IMG/VR virus record: IMGVR_UViG_3300027771_000073
Span: 1 to 28,747 of that record
Source: a virus
Taxonomy: Duplodnaviria > Caudoviricetes
Length of the DNA stretch: 28,747 bases
Strand: one strand, 5' to 3'
The position numbers and the translations under genes are program-made. How positions within the stretch are numbered: position 1 is the first letter of the stretch; each line of letters opens with the position of its first letter. This document shows positions 17,338 through 26,353 of this stretch, one piece after another. The notes below the pieces were generated by a model. It ran no database searches. It saw only the letters and a list, made by a program, of their open reading frames with translations, and was not told the origin of the DNA.

Positions 17338-17899
17338 AGGATTAGGCTACGTAGCTGATAACCACATATACAAATACAAAGATTATTCAGAAGCAGTATT
17401 TGATACTCAGATTGAAAGTAAGGAATGGCTTTGTCATCAATTAAAAAAAGTTAAACCTGATGTTAAACACATATCAATATTAGCTAGTTGGTATGGATTA
17501 GTTGCTGTACCATTTTTATATGAAACCTTTGGTGAGATAGATATTGATCTATATGATGTGGATGAGTATACAACAGACATTGCAAAACATATATGGAATG
17601 ATTATCCTAAAGTAAATGTACATACAAAAGATGTTGTATTTGATGATATTGATTATAAAGGTGAAGTAATTATTAACACATCCTGTGAGCATATGATGGA
17701 TATGAAGTACATTACAAAAAATTATAATGATAAACTATTTGTATTTCAAAGTAACGATAATAGTAATGTTAAATGGTTACATATCAATTGTGCTATGAAC
17801 CAAGGAGAGCTGATAGAGCAAGCAGGGTTAACAGATATTAAATATGCTGGTTCAAAAATAATATATGAGCATAAGAGAATAATGGTGATAGGTAAATGA
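17303..17899 (+). CDS. Putative class I SAM-dependent methyltransferase-like protein
   Basis: ESKEWL, ISILASWYG (motif I-like), IDLYDVD (acidic motif II), KDV, IINTSCEHM, FVFQSN. Confidence 0.6.
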   Translation: MDYGKVQKLWAKGLGYVADNHIYKYKDYSEAVFDTQIESKEWLCHQLKKVKPDVKHISILASWYGLVAVPFLYETFGEIDIDLYDVDEYTTDIAKHIWNDYPKVNVHTKDVVFDDIDYKGEVIINTSCEHMMDMKYITKNYNDKLFVFQSNDNSNVKWLHINCAMNQGELIEQAGLTDIKYAGSKIIYEHKRIMVIGK

Positions 17900-19344
17900 A
17901 CGTACCTCAAAGACGATTTAATAATAATATAAATTTATGTATATGTATACATCAACACAGTGCATGTAAGCATGAAGAATTGACTGATCATATGAGAGAA
18001 TATACAGCCTTCTATGCAGGTTGGTTAACAACACAGTCTACCAAACTTCATGTTGTTCAAGCAAAGTCAATTGATGAAGGATTAAAAAAATTAGCAGATA
18101 GGTATGATCATATATTATTTATGGCTGCCGGTGTAAGATTATTCAGTGGAAGTATTATTAATGACATTGCAACTGAAATAGAAGCCCATCCGGATTATCT
18201 GGCAGCTGCTCATATATTAGATTGGACATGGCAAAATCGTTGGTATGAATTACATGAACAATTTGTTTTAATTAATAGTAAGACATGGAAAGAAATTGGA
18301 CGTCCAGAATTTGGAACTTTTACTGAAGGAGAAAAAGAACTTCCCGTCATAGAACGCAGTGAAGAAAACTTCCATGATAATTATACCCCTCTCTGGATCA
18401 AGGACAGTGGTATGAGAAAGGTACAGCATTATTCATGCCCTGGTTGGAACCTAATAGATACTGGTCTTAGATTTGGTTGTGAAATAATTAATTGGAACCT
18501 TAAAATAAGACTTCAGCGTACCTATTATTACCCAGAAGGAAATGCAGCTTCTTTGACCCACGGAGAACAATTACTTTGGGATGTAATTAAAAATGACTAC
18601 CAACCCTCAGAAGAAGAGTATCAGAAAATGATTGGTGGCCACCAACAATTTTTAAATATAATAGTCCATGGTGTACAAGATCAAATATGGATACTTAACA
18701 GTGAAGATATGTATATACAAAACAATGGTGATGACTATGATAATATAGCTTTACCAGCAAGTGGTTTTAAATGGTTAGATTGTTTTCATTCCAACGCATT
18801 AAAAAACAATGGTAATATAATTTTTTATGATTGGAATATAAAAGCATTGGATTGGATTCAGCATATCAAAAACTCACAAGCAACAGATATAGTCGAACTA
18901 ATACGTACATTTAAAGATTGGAAATATTTAACATGGTATGGCATCAATAACAAAAATATACTTCAGGATAATAAAAATATTAATCCAGCATTTATGAAAA
19001 GTTTCAGAAGAACTTTAGAATATTTTGGTGGAGAAAAACAATTTTGGAAATATGTTACAATGTTTCGAAATACTGACACATCATTTATGCAAGCAGATGT
19101 TATAAAACAACCAGATAATATAATTAAACACTTCCATGGTAAAACATTATTTCATGTATCTAATATTTTTTCTACAGATTGGTTGGTAGCTAAGTATGGA
19201 TTTGGTGGTGCTATTAAATTGTTTAATGATTTGCAGATTAAATTATTTTCAAAACCAGGAATAAAATTAACAGGCTATTCCCCAAATCAAATGAATAATA
19301 ATTATGCTATTATTTCTGATACCTCTATGATTAAGGAATTATAA
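17896..19344 (+). CDS. Hypothetical two-domain protein, possibly an enzyme
   Basis: 482-aa ORF with ATGA overlap. The C-terminal part has a Rossmann-like pattern (IALPASGF...IIFYDWN..AL...ADVI...FHVSNIF). No firm family assignment. Confidence 0.7.
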   Translation: MNVPQRRFNNNINLCICIHQHSACKHEELTDHMREYTAFYAGWLTTQSTKLHVVQAKSIDEGLKKLADRYDHILFMAAGVRLFSGSIINDIATEIEAHPDYLAAAHILDWTWQNRWYELHEQFVLINSKTWKEIGRPEFGTFTEGEKELPVIERSEENFHDNYTPLWIKDSGMRKVQHYSCPGWNLIDTGLRFGCEIINWNLKIRLQRTYYYPEGNAASLTHGEQLLWDVIKNDYQPSEEEYQKMIGGHQQFLNIIVHGVQDQIWILNSEDMYIQNNGDDYDNIALPASGFKWLDCFHSNALKNNGNIIFYDWNIKALDWIQHIKNSQATDIVELIRTFKDWKYLTWYGINNKNILQDNKNINPAFMKSFRRTLEYFGGEKQFWKYVTMFRNTDTSFMQADVIKQPDNIIKHFHGKTLFHVSNIFSTDWLVAKYGFGGAIKLFNDLQIKLFSKPGIKLTGYSPNQMNNNYAIISDTSMIKEL

Positions 19345-19346
19345 AA

Positions 19347-19745
19347 ATGAAGTTTGAAATAAATGAAAAAGTATATGGTTTCACTATGTTGTTGTTTGGC
19401 CAACAGTTGTTTCTTCAGATGTTTGATAATGATGGTAAGCTAGATGATTCTGAATTTGGTTTAATTAAACCTATAATAAAAGAATTGTATGAAGGATTAA
19501 CAGAAGAACATAGAATAAAAGGATACGAAAGAGCATTAAAATATAAAGGTTCAGCGTGTCCTATTTTAAAAGACTTTACAGATGTATGGTATATTATGTA
19601 TTGTATAAGTAACTACAGAGTGGATTGGGTAGGTATAGATTCAAGTCAGGACAGACAGGAGTTGCATATTATGAAGTATGCACTAATAAATGTTGCTAAA
19701 AAATCTCATAAAAATTTTCCAGAGTTTAGATCAAGACACGTATAA
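19347..19745 (+). CDS. Hypothetical protein
   Basis: 132-aa ORF with AAGGA SD; last gene before a late promoter. Confidence 0.7.
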   Translation: MKFEINEKVYGFTMLLFGQQLFLQMFDNDGKLDDSEFGLIKPIIKELYEGLTEEHRIKGYERALKYKGSACPILKDFTDVWYIMYCISNYRVDWVGIDSSQDRQELHIMKYALINVAKKSHKNFPEFRSRHV

Positions 19746-19753
19746 TCCTTTCT

Positions 19754-19761
19754 TATAAATA
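19754..19761 (+). promoter_or_regulatory. T4-type late promoter TATAAATA
   Basis: Exact consensus in the intergenic gap ahead of AAGGGAG SD and ATG 19790. Confidence 0.85.
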
Positions 19762-19789
19762 TATATAATACATATAAGGGAGTTTATCT

Positions 19790-20122
19790 ATGTCTGCAAG
19801 AGCTGATATTATTATTGATCAAGGAACTACATTTAGTACAGTTGTAACTGTAACAGAAGACACAGGAGAGGTTGTTAACTTGACAGGCTACTCAGCAAAC
19901 GCAATGATAAGAAAACATCATACATCATCCGCAATTACAAAAACATTCTCAATTACAAACGGTGGTACCAATGGACAGTTGACACTAGCTTTGAATGCAG
20001 CTAATACAGCTTCTATGGATTCTGGTAGATATGTATATGATGTTAAAGTAACATCAGGTGGCTCTGTTGTATCAAGAGTGGTAGAAGGTTTAGTAACAGT
20101 TAATCCAAATGTAACGAGGTAG
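19790..20122 (+). CDS. Small virion structural protein (beta-sandwich type seen in T4-like marine phages)
   Basis: IDQGTTF...LTGYSANAMIRKH...GQLTLAL...GRYVYDV...RVVEGLVTVNPNVTR pattern; first gene after a late promoter. Confidence 0.65.
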   Translation: MSARADIIIDQGTTFSTVVTVTEDTGEVVNLTGYSANAMIRKHHTSSAITKTFSITNGGTNGQLTLALNAANTASMDSGRYVYDVKVTSGGSVVSRVVEGLVTVNPNVTR

Positions 20123-20124
20123 CA

Positions 20125-20337
20125 ATGGCAATAACAACTAACAATGCTATACTAACAAACCAAACTAGACTTGCTGTAAGAATAGCTCAAACAGGAGCTG
20201 GAGGTACACAACCTAGACTAGATGGTATGGATGATGTTAAAGAAGTTAGTAGAGCAAATAATAATATATTAGTGTATAATGCTGATAGAGATCAATACCT
20301 ACTACAAAAACCAGATGCAGATGGAGGAACATTTTGA
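20125..20337 (+). CDS. Small putative structural protein ending DGGTF
   Basis: LDGMDDV....NNNILVYN....Y motif like fibre-associated repeats; GAGG SD. Confidence 0.65.
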   Translation: MAITTNNAILTNQTRLAVRIAQTGAGGTQPRLDGMDDVKEVSRANNNILVYNADRDQYLLQKPDADGGTF

Positions 20338-20534
20338 ACACAGCTAACATTGCAGGATCCATAACAGCTACATCTGGTATCAGTTCAAAAGTATTAACAC
20401 GTAAAGCAGAAATTGTAGACGATATGGCTGACATAAGTCTTACTAATAATGCAAACACATTTGTATTAAGATATAATAAATCTGATGATACATATAAAGC
20501 AACTGAGAGAAATTTAGAAGGAGGAACATTTTAA
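20334..20534 (+). CDS. Small putative structural protein ending EGGTF (paralog of the previous gene)
   Basis: TTG start overlapping the upstream TGA, GGAGG SD; VDDMADI....NTFVLRYN....Y...EGGTF. Confidence 0.6.
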   Translation: MNTANIAGSITATSGISSKVLTRKAEIVDDMADISLTNNANTFVLRYNKSDDTYKATERNLEGGTF

Positions 20535-20935
20535 TGGCTGGTACAATTCAGATCAAAAGATCAGCAAACACTGCTACACCAACAGCATTAGAGTTTGGAG
20601 AGCTAGCTTGGTCCTCTAATAGTCAAACAATAAGTATAGGTAGACAAGATGGTAACACATCTAATCTTGTATCTATTGGTGGAATAAGAACACCAGGTAC
20701 GTTAACAGCAAACCAAGCTCTTGTTGCAAACAGTACATCTTTTATTAATGAAATAAATGTTGCTAATCTTACTATACATACAGTTAAAGCAACAATGAAC
20801 ACAGAAGCAAACATAACAATGACAAGTACATCAACAGCCAATCTATATAATGTTAATTTTAGAGGTTCTCTAAAAGACAGCAGTGGTAATAAACTAGAGA
20901 TATATAATTCTAGTGGCACAAAGATTTGGGGATAA
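20534..20935 (+). CDS. Short tail-fibre-like structural protein
   Basis: N-terminal TIQIKRS....PTALEFGELAW motif characteristic of phage fibre attachment domains. Confidence 0.6.
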   Translation: MAGTIQIKRSANTATPTALEFGELAWSSNSQTISIGRQDGNTSNLVSIGGIRTPGTLTANQALVANSTSFINEINVANLTIHTVKATMNTEANITMTSTSTANLYNVNFRGSLKDSSGNKLEIYNSSGTKIWG

Positions 20936-20938
20936 CAA

Positions 20939-21679
20939 ATGGCAGCACCAAATAGTAAAGCAACATTCAAAGAATATATATTACGAAGATTAGGTAAGCC
21001 TGTAATAGAAATTAATATTGATGATGATCAAATGGATGATCGTATTGATGAGGCTCTAATGTTTTATCAAGATTATCACTTTGATGGAACACAAGACATG
21101 TTTTTAAAACATGAGATAACAGCTACCGATATATCTAATGAGTATATAACAATTGCTAATGACTACATAGGTATAGTTGATATATTTGATATAGGTGATT
21201 CAACAAGTACTAATAATTTATTTAATGTTAGATATCAAATAGCATTGAATGATATGTACGATCTATCAAGAATGGATCTTGTACCATACTTTATGAATAT
21301 GATGAACCTAAGACATATAGAAGAGATGCTTGTTGGTAAACAACCTATCAGATATAACAGACATGTTAATAAATTATGGATTGATATGGACTGGGGTAAA
21401 GTAACTGCAGGTCACTTTATAGTAGCTAAAGGTTATCAGAAAGTAGACCCAGATACATATACAGATGTGTATAATGATAGATGGTTACAAAGATATGCAT
21501 CAGCATTGTTTAGAATACAGTGGGGTAACAACCTAACTAAATTTATTGGTATGCAATTACCAGGTGGAGTTCAATTCAACGGAGAACAAATTCTACAACA
21601 AGGATTGGAAGAAAAAACTAAACTAGAAGAAGAAATGATTTCTAGTTACTCTCTTCCTGTTCATGACATGACTGGATAA
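20939..21679 (+). CDS. gp13: Neck protein gp13
   Basis: KEYILRRLGKPVIEINIDDDQMDDRIDEAL..YHFDG...WGNNLTKF.GMQLPGGVQFNG; synteny with gp14-gp19. Confidence 0.92.
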   Translation: MAAPNSKATFKEYILRRLGKPVIEINIDDDQMDDRIDEALMFYQDYHFDGTQDMFLKHEITATDISNEYITIANDYIGIVDIFDIGDSTSTNNLFNVRYQIALNDMYDLSRMDLVPYFMNMMNLRHIEEMLVGKQPIRYNRHVNKLWIDMDWGKVTAGHFIVAKGYQKVDPDTYTDVYNDRWLQRYASALFRIQWGNNLTKFIGMQLPGGVQFNGEQILQQGLEEKTKLEEEMISSYSLPVHDMTG

Positions 21680-21683
21680 TTAA

Positions 21684-22451
21684 ATGGCTAGAGGTACTAA
21701 TCTGTTCTTCAATAACTTTGCAAGTCCAGATGAGCAAAACTTAATCAACGATCTTGTCTATGAATCAATAAAGATTTATGGCATTGATGTTGGTTACATG
21801 GCATACACAGAAGACGGTACTGATGATATACTTAATGAAAACAATAAGAAACATTATAGTACATACTCTCAATGTGAAGTGTACGTTAAAAACGTAGATG
21901 GCTTTGAAGGAGAAGGTGACTTCTTAGGTAAGTTTGGTCTTGAAATTAGAGACAGGATTACTTTTTCTATTGCTCGTAGAGCATTTAGTGAATCTATTGA
22001 AGCTGATCAAGGTCTTACTAGACCAAGAGAAGGTGACTTAATTTTTCTTCCATTGAACAAAAAAATATATTCAATTAAATTTGTAGAACATGAGCCAACA
22101 TTCTATCAAATGGGTTCATTACAATTCTATGATATCACTTGTGAGTTATTTGAGTATAGTGGTGAAAGAATTAACACAGGCTTTGCTGAAGTTGATGTTG
22201 TTGAAACTAGCTTTAGCACAGACATATATCTTGATACGCAGCTTATGAGTGAAGATGGTATAACACCAATATATACACAAGAGGGTGTACGACTAATGAC
22301 AGAGGATGAAGATAGAAGTGATGGTAGTACAGAAGCAACATTAGATTACGATACAGTAAGTAACTCAGATAATATACAAATTGAAACAGATGCGGATGCA
22401 ATATTAGACTTTAGTGATGGAGATCCGTTCAGTGAAGGTGGGACCTTTTAA
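21684..22451 (+). CDS. gp14: Neck protein gp14
   Basis: EQNLINDLVYESIKIYG...GFEGEGDFLGKFGLEIRD...RPREGDLIFLP...FVEHEPTFYQMG...CELFEYSGE. Confidence 0.92.
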   Translation: MARGTNLFFNNFASPDEQNLINDLVYESIKIYGIDVGYMAYTEDGTDDILNENNKKHYSTYSQCEVYVKNVDGFEGEGDFLGKFGLEIRDRITFSIARRAFSESIEADQGLTRPREGDLIFLPLNKKIYSIKFVEHEPTFYQMGSLQFYDITCELFEYSGERINTGFAEVDVVETSFSTDIYLDTQLMSEDGITPIYTQEGVRLMTEDEDRSDGSTEATLDYDTVSNSDNIQIETDADAILDFSDGDPFSEGGTF

Positions 22452-23344
22452 TGTTAGGACATAATTTTTATCATCAACACATACGTAAATATGTAATTGT
22501 TTTTGGAACACTGTTCAATGATGTCATAGTACAGAGGAAAGATGCTAACGGCAACATCTTGCAAGACATTAAAGTACCATTAGCATATGCACCTAGAGAG
22601 AAAGCATTAGCAAGAATAAATGCTGATCCTGATCTTTCAAAGAAAGTTGGTATGGTATTACCACGTATGTCTTTTGAAATGACATCTATTAACTATGCTC
22701 CAGAAAGAAAATTAAATAAAATTCATAGAAATGTATCTGCATTTGCAGATGATAAAACAAAATTGTATGCAGCTTATAGTCCTGTAGCATATGATATAGG
22801 TTTTGAATTAAACATATACACAAGATACGCAGAAGACTCTACAAAAATATTAGAACAGATACTACCATTCTTTACACCAGAGTGGTCAGTAACTATGAAT
22901 TTAGTTCCAGAGATGAATTGGAAGCAAGACATACCAATTGTATTGAATGGAGTATCTATGCAAGACACATACGAAGGTGACTTTGAAACTAGACGAGCAT
23001 TAATTCATACAATAAACTTTACACTCAAAGGTTATCTATGGGGACCCGTAAGAAAATCTGGTATTATTAAAACTGCTAATGTTATGACACATGTGGACAC
23101 ATCTGCTGTATATGCAAATGAACATCCATCTAATACAGTATTTGCAAATGTCAATGTGACAGACTCCTCTCAACCAGGATACTACATACATAGTAGGACA
23201 ACAACAACACCAGGTCTATTAGCAAACGGTAGTCCAACATCCAACGCATCACTTTCAGTAGGCATAGGTTCTATAGATGAAGATGATGATTACGGATACA
23301 TACATAATTTTGAGGAGTGGTTCAGTGCAAACACAAGTGCCTAA
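22451..23344 (+). CDS. gp15: Tail sheath stabilizer / tail terminator gp15
   Basis: FYHQHIRKYVIVFGTLFND...KVPLAYAPREK...LPRMSFEM...EQILPFFTP...YEGDFETRR...FTLKGYLWGP. Confidence 0.92.
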   Translation: MLGHNFYHQHIRKYVIVFGTLFNDVIVQRKDANGNILQDIKVPLAYAPREKALARINADPDLSKKVGMVLPRMSFEMTSINYAPERKLNKIHRNVSAFADDKTKLYAAYSPVAYDIGFELNIYTRYAEDSTKILEQILPFFTPEWSVTMNLVPEMNWKQDIPIVLNGVSMQDTYEGDFETRRALIHTINFTLKGYLWGPVRKSGIIKTANVMTHVDTSAVYANEHPSNTVFANVNVTDSSQPGYYIHSRTTTTPGLLANGSPTSNASLSVGIGSIDEDDDYGYIHNFEEWFSANTSA

Positions 23345-23771
23345 AGAAGATCCAATAGCAAAATCATTAGACTTAGAACCATTAATAGATGAACCTAAAC
23401 CTGTTCAAGCTGTAGTAGAGGTAGATGATACAGCGGGTCAGTCTGAAAGAGATTTAAAATATTCCAGAGAGAACTTATACCATCTTATTGAAAGAGGTAG
23501 AGATGCTTTAGATGGAATACTTGATCTGGCTAGCCAAAGTCAATCACCTAGAGCATATGAAGTAGCTGGTCAGATAATTAAAGTAGTATCAGATACCAAT
23601 AGAGACTTAGTAGACCTACAGAGGAAAGCAAAGGATTTATTTGCAGAGGATGCTTTAAAAACTGGCAATGTAACTAATAATTTATTTGTAGGTAATACAT
23701 CTGAGCTAACAAAATTAATAGGTGGTAGTGCTAGAAATGTTTTAAAAAGCAAGGGAAACAAAAAGCTATGA
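23325..23771 (+). CDS. gp16: Terminase small subunit gp16
   Basis: D..YSRENLYHLIERG..AL...A..SQSPRAYEVAGQIIK...NNLFVGNTSEL. Start placed at GTG 23325 because GAGGAG (23312-23317) lies 7 nt upstream; the track's ATG 23277 is probably too long. Confidence 0.88.
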   Translation: MQTQVPKEDPIAKSLDLEPLIDEPKPVQAVVEVDDTAGQSERDLKYSRENLYHLIERGRDALDGILDLASQSQSPRAYEVAGQIIKVVSDTNRDLVDLQRKAKDLFAEDALKTGNVTNNLFVGNTSELTKLIGGSARNVLKSKGNKKL

Positions 23772-24190
23772 TAGATGAAGCATCAATGGACTTCACACTG
23801 TTCTTAGTACCGTGGATAGCTTTATTGATATCTTTAATAGCTACCCTGTGGATAAAAGAATGGGTGACGTCTTTAGTTAAAGGTATGAAGTTTAGAATGA
23901 ACAAAGCATTCAATGAAAGTGACCATGTAATATTAGACGGTAAGCCAGCTGTTATAGTTAAAGTAGGAATAACAGAAACAGTTTTTGGTGTATACTCAGA
24001 TGCTGGGTACACATGGAGGTATGTTCCTAATACTAAAATAGAAAATTTAAAATTAGAAAAAATAATTAATAGAGAACTACATCTTGATTCACCTCAAGAA
24101 AAAGCTCGCAAGTTACAGGACCTAATAGACGTAGGTCAGAATGATAAAATAAATGAGAATGCCAAAGCAATAGAAAGGTTAAAGAAATAA
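23768..24190 (+). CDS. Small membrane protein resembling the MscS TM / beta-domain core
   Basis: Hydrophobic segment FTLFLVPWIALLISLIATLWI, then GMKFRMNKAFNESDHVILDG..AVIVKVGITETVF...YVPN, like the MscS 'F..GD.I...G.V..I....T...IPN' signature. Confidence 0.55.
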   Translation: MIDEASMDFTLFLVPWIALLISLIATLWIKEWVTSLVKGMKFRMNKAFNESDHVILDGKPAVIVKVGITETVFGVYSDAGYTWRYVPNTKIENLKLEKIINRELHLDSPQEKARKLQDLIDVGQNDKINENAKAIERLKK

Positions 24191-24621
24191 TGTTTGAGTA
24201 CAATTTTAAATTAAGAAAAATCGTAGATGGGGACACAATAGATGTTGACATTGATCTAGGTTTTGGTGTATGGTTAAAGAAGCAACGTATTAGAATGATG
24301 GGTATTGACACTCCAGAGTCTAGGACATCAGATGATGAAGAAAAAGTTTATGGTCTTCTAGCTAAACAAAGACTTACTACTCTACTTGCAGATGCTAAAG
24401 TATTAAAAACATATAACGACGAGCGTGGTAAGTATGGTAGAATACTTGGTGAGGTCATTTGTTACTTTGCTGCAGAAGATCGCTGGGCTGGTTCTTCAGA
24501 AATAATGATTAGTGAAGGTCACGGTGTCGCATACCATGGTCAAAGTAAAGATGACATAGCAGAAGAGCATCTAGCTAATAGATTAAAATTAAAGGCAAGC
24601 GGACTTGTTAACAAAGAATGA
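24190..24621 (+). CDS. Thermonuclease (SNase-like) family nuclease
   Basis: KIVDGDTIDVDIDLGF...RIRMMGIDTPESRT...GKYGRILG motifs. Confidence 0.8.
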   Translation: MFEYNFKLRKIVDGDTIDVDIDLGFGVWLKKQRIRMMGIDTPESRTSDDEEKVYGLLAKQRLTTLLADAKVLKTYNDERGKYGRILGEVICYFAAEDRWAGSSEIMISEGHGVAYHGQSKDDIAEEHLANRLKLKASGLVNKE

Positions 24622-26263
24622 TATCTATCTTGGTAATCCAAGACTAAAAAAAGCTAATGTAAAGGTAGACTATACTGCTGAACAAGTGGAAGAGTTAGCT
24701 AAGTGTGCTAATGATATACATTACTTTTGTAATCAATATATGAAAATTGTTAATGTAGATGAAGGTTTAGTCAACTTCACTACATTTGATTTCCAAGAAA
24801 AAATACTTAACAGTGTACAAGGTAATCGTTTTACTATATGTAAGATGCCTAGACAGTCTGGTAAGACTACTGTTATGACTGCTCTTATATTGCATTTTGC
24901 TTTATTCAATGAATCATTTAATGTAGCTGTGCTAGCTAATAAGGCTGCAACTGCTAGAGAGATCTTACATAGAATACAATTAGGTTTTGAACATTTACCT
25001 TTTTGGATGCAGCAAGGTATAGTAGAGTGGAACAAAGGTAACATAGAACTTGAGAATGGTTCTAAGATATTAGCTGGTTCCACATCATCTGGTTCTGTTC
25101 GTGGTGGTTCATTTAATTTAATATACTTAGATGAGTTTGCATTCGTACCTGCACATCAACAAGAAGACTTCTTTGCATCAACTTATCCTACAATATCATC
25201 TGGTAATACTACGAGAGTTATGATAACATCTACTCCTAAAGGTATGAATCTATTCTATAAAATATGGACAGATGCTATTGAACACAGGAATGAGTATGAA
25301 GCTATTGAAGTTCATTGGTCTGATGTACCAGGTAGAGATGAAGAGTGGAAGAAACAAACAATAGAGAACACCAGTGTTGATCAGTTCCGACAAGAGTTTG
25401 AATGTGAGTTCATGGGTTCATCTAACACACTTATATCACCTACTAAGTTAGGGGCAATGGTATTTCATGAACCATTATATAGAGCTGAGAGTACAAAAAT
25501 ATTTAAAGAGCCTGAGCCAAACCATGTCTATACTATATGTGTAGATGTATCAAGAGGTGTAGGTAATGATTATTCAGCTTTTGTTGTTATGGATTGTAGC
25601 GTTGTACCGTATCAAGTAGTAGCAACATATAGAAATAATGTAATAAGTCCTATGTTATATCCTAATATTATTATTCAAGCTGCACGTAGATACAATGATG
25701 CATATTGTTTAATAGAGATAAACGACATAGGTCAACAAGTAGCTGACATATTACATCACGATTTAGAGTACGAAAATATAATGACAGCACAGTGGAGAGG
25801 TAGATCAGGACAGATAGTTAATGCTGGTTTTGGTGGAGGCACACAACAAATGGGTGTAAGAACTACTAAGCAATTGAAAAGAGTTGGGTGTTCATCATTA
25901 AAAACTATCATTGAAAACGATAAGATGGAGATAAATGACTTTGATATCCTACAAGAACTGACAGCTTTCTCTGTAAAAGGTACTAGCTTCCAAGCTGAAG
26001 AAGGTTATAATGATGACTTAGTAATGTGTTTAGTACTATTTGCATGGTTATCTAATCAAGAATACTTTAAAGAGTTAACAAACATAGACATTCGTAAGCA
26101 ATTACATAGTGATAATGAGAAAGCATTAGAAGAAGACGTGCTACCATTTGGTTTTGTAAATGATGGTACCTTTAATGATAAAGAAAAGGATGAGTTCATG
26201 CACGGTGATACATTGCTGACTCATTCCGAATGGGATGATAATGATACACATGGACTGTGGTAA
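24605..26263 (+). CDS. gp17: Terminase large subunit gp17
   Basis: YLGNPRLK, Walker A PRQSGKTT, Walker B IYLDEFAF, ITSTPKG, FRQEFEC, nuclease DVSRGVGNDYS and DDLVM; TTG start overlapping the upstream gene. Confidence 0.96.
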   Translation: MLTKNDIYLGNPRLKKANVKVDYTAEQVEELAKCANDIHYFCNQYMKIVNVDEGLVNFTTFDFQEKILNSVQGNRFTICKMPRQSGKTTVMTALILHFALFNESFNVAVLANKAATAREILHRIQLGFEHLPFWMQQGIVEWNKGNIELENGSKILAGSTSSGSVRGGSFNLIYLDEFAFVPAHQQEDFFASTYPTISSGNTTRVMITSTPKGMNLFYKIWTDAIEHRNEYEAIEVHWSDVPGRDEEWKKQTIENTSVDQFRQEFECEFMGSSNTLISPTKLGAMVFHEPLYRAESTKIFKEPEPNHVYTICVDVSRGVGNDYSAFVVMDCSVVPYQVVATYRNNVISPMLYPNIIIQAARRYNDAYCLIEINDIGQQVADILHHDLEYENIMTAQWRGRSGQIVNAGFGGGTQQMGVRTTKQLKRVGCSSLKTIIENDKMEINDFDILQELTAFSVKGTSFQAEEGYNDDLVMCLVLFAWLSNQEYFKELTNIDIRKQLHSDNEKALEEDVLPFGFVNDGTFNDKEKDEFMHGDTLLTHSEWDDNDTHGLW

Positions 26264-26288
26264 ACTTTATTCTCGAGCCCATGGTTCT

Positions 26289-26296
26289 TATAAATA
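26289..26296 (+). promoter_or_regulatory. T4-type late promoter TATAAATA
   Basis: Exact consensus in the gp17-gp18 intergenic region; AAGGAG SD precedes ATG 26354. Confidence 0.85.
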
Positions 26297-26353
26297 AATA
26301 CAAGAAGTTCAAATAAATTTTGAAGATCAAAACATCCATAAGGAGAGAGAAAC

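Noticed and set aside
24605-26263. Intron or intein in the terminase
   Set aside because: The ORF is continuous at 552 aa with normally spaced motifs and no intein or homing-endonuclease signatures.
26264-26353. Possible terminator hairpin between gp17 and gp18
   Set aside because: Only a weak stem (GAGCC/GGTTC) without a convincing U-tract; the region is better explained by the late promoter.
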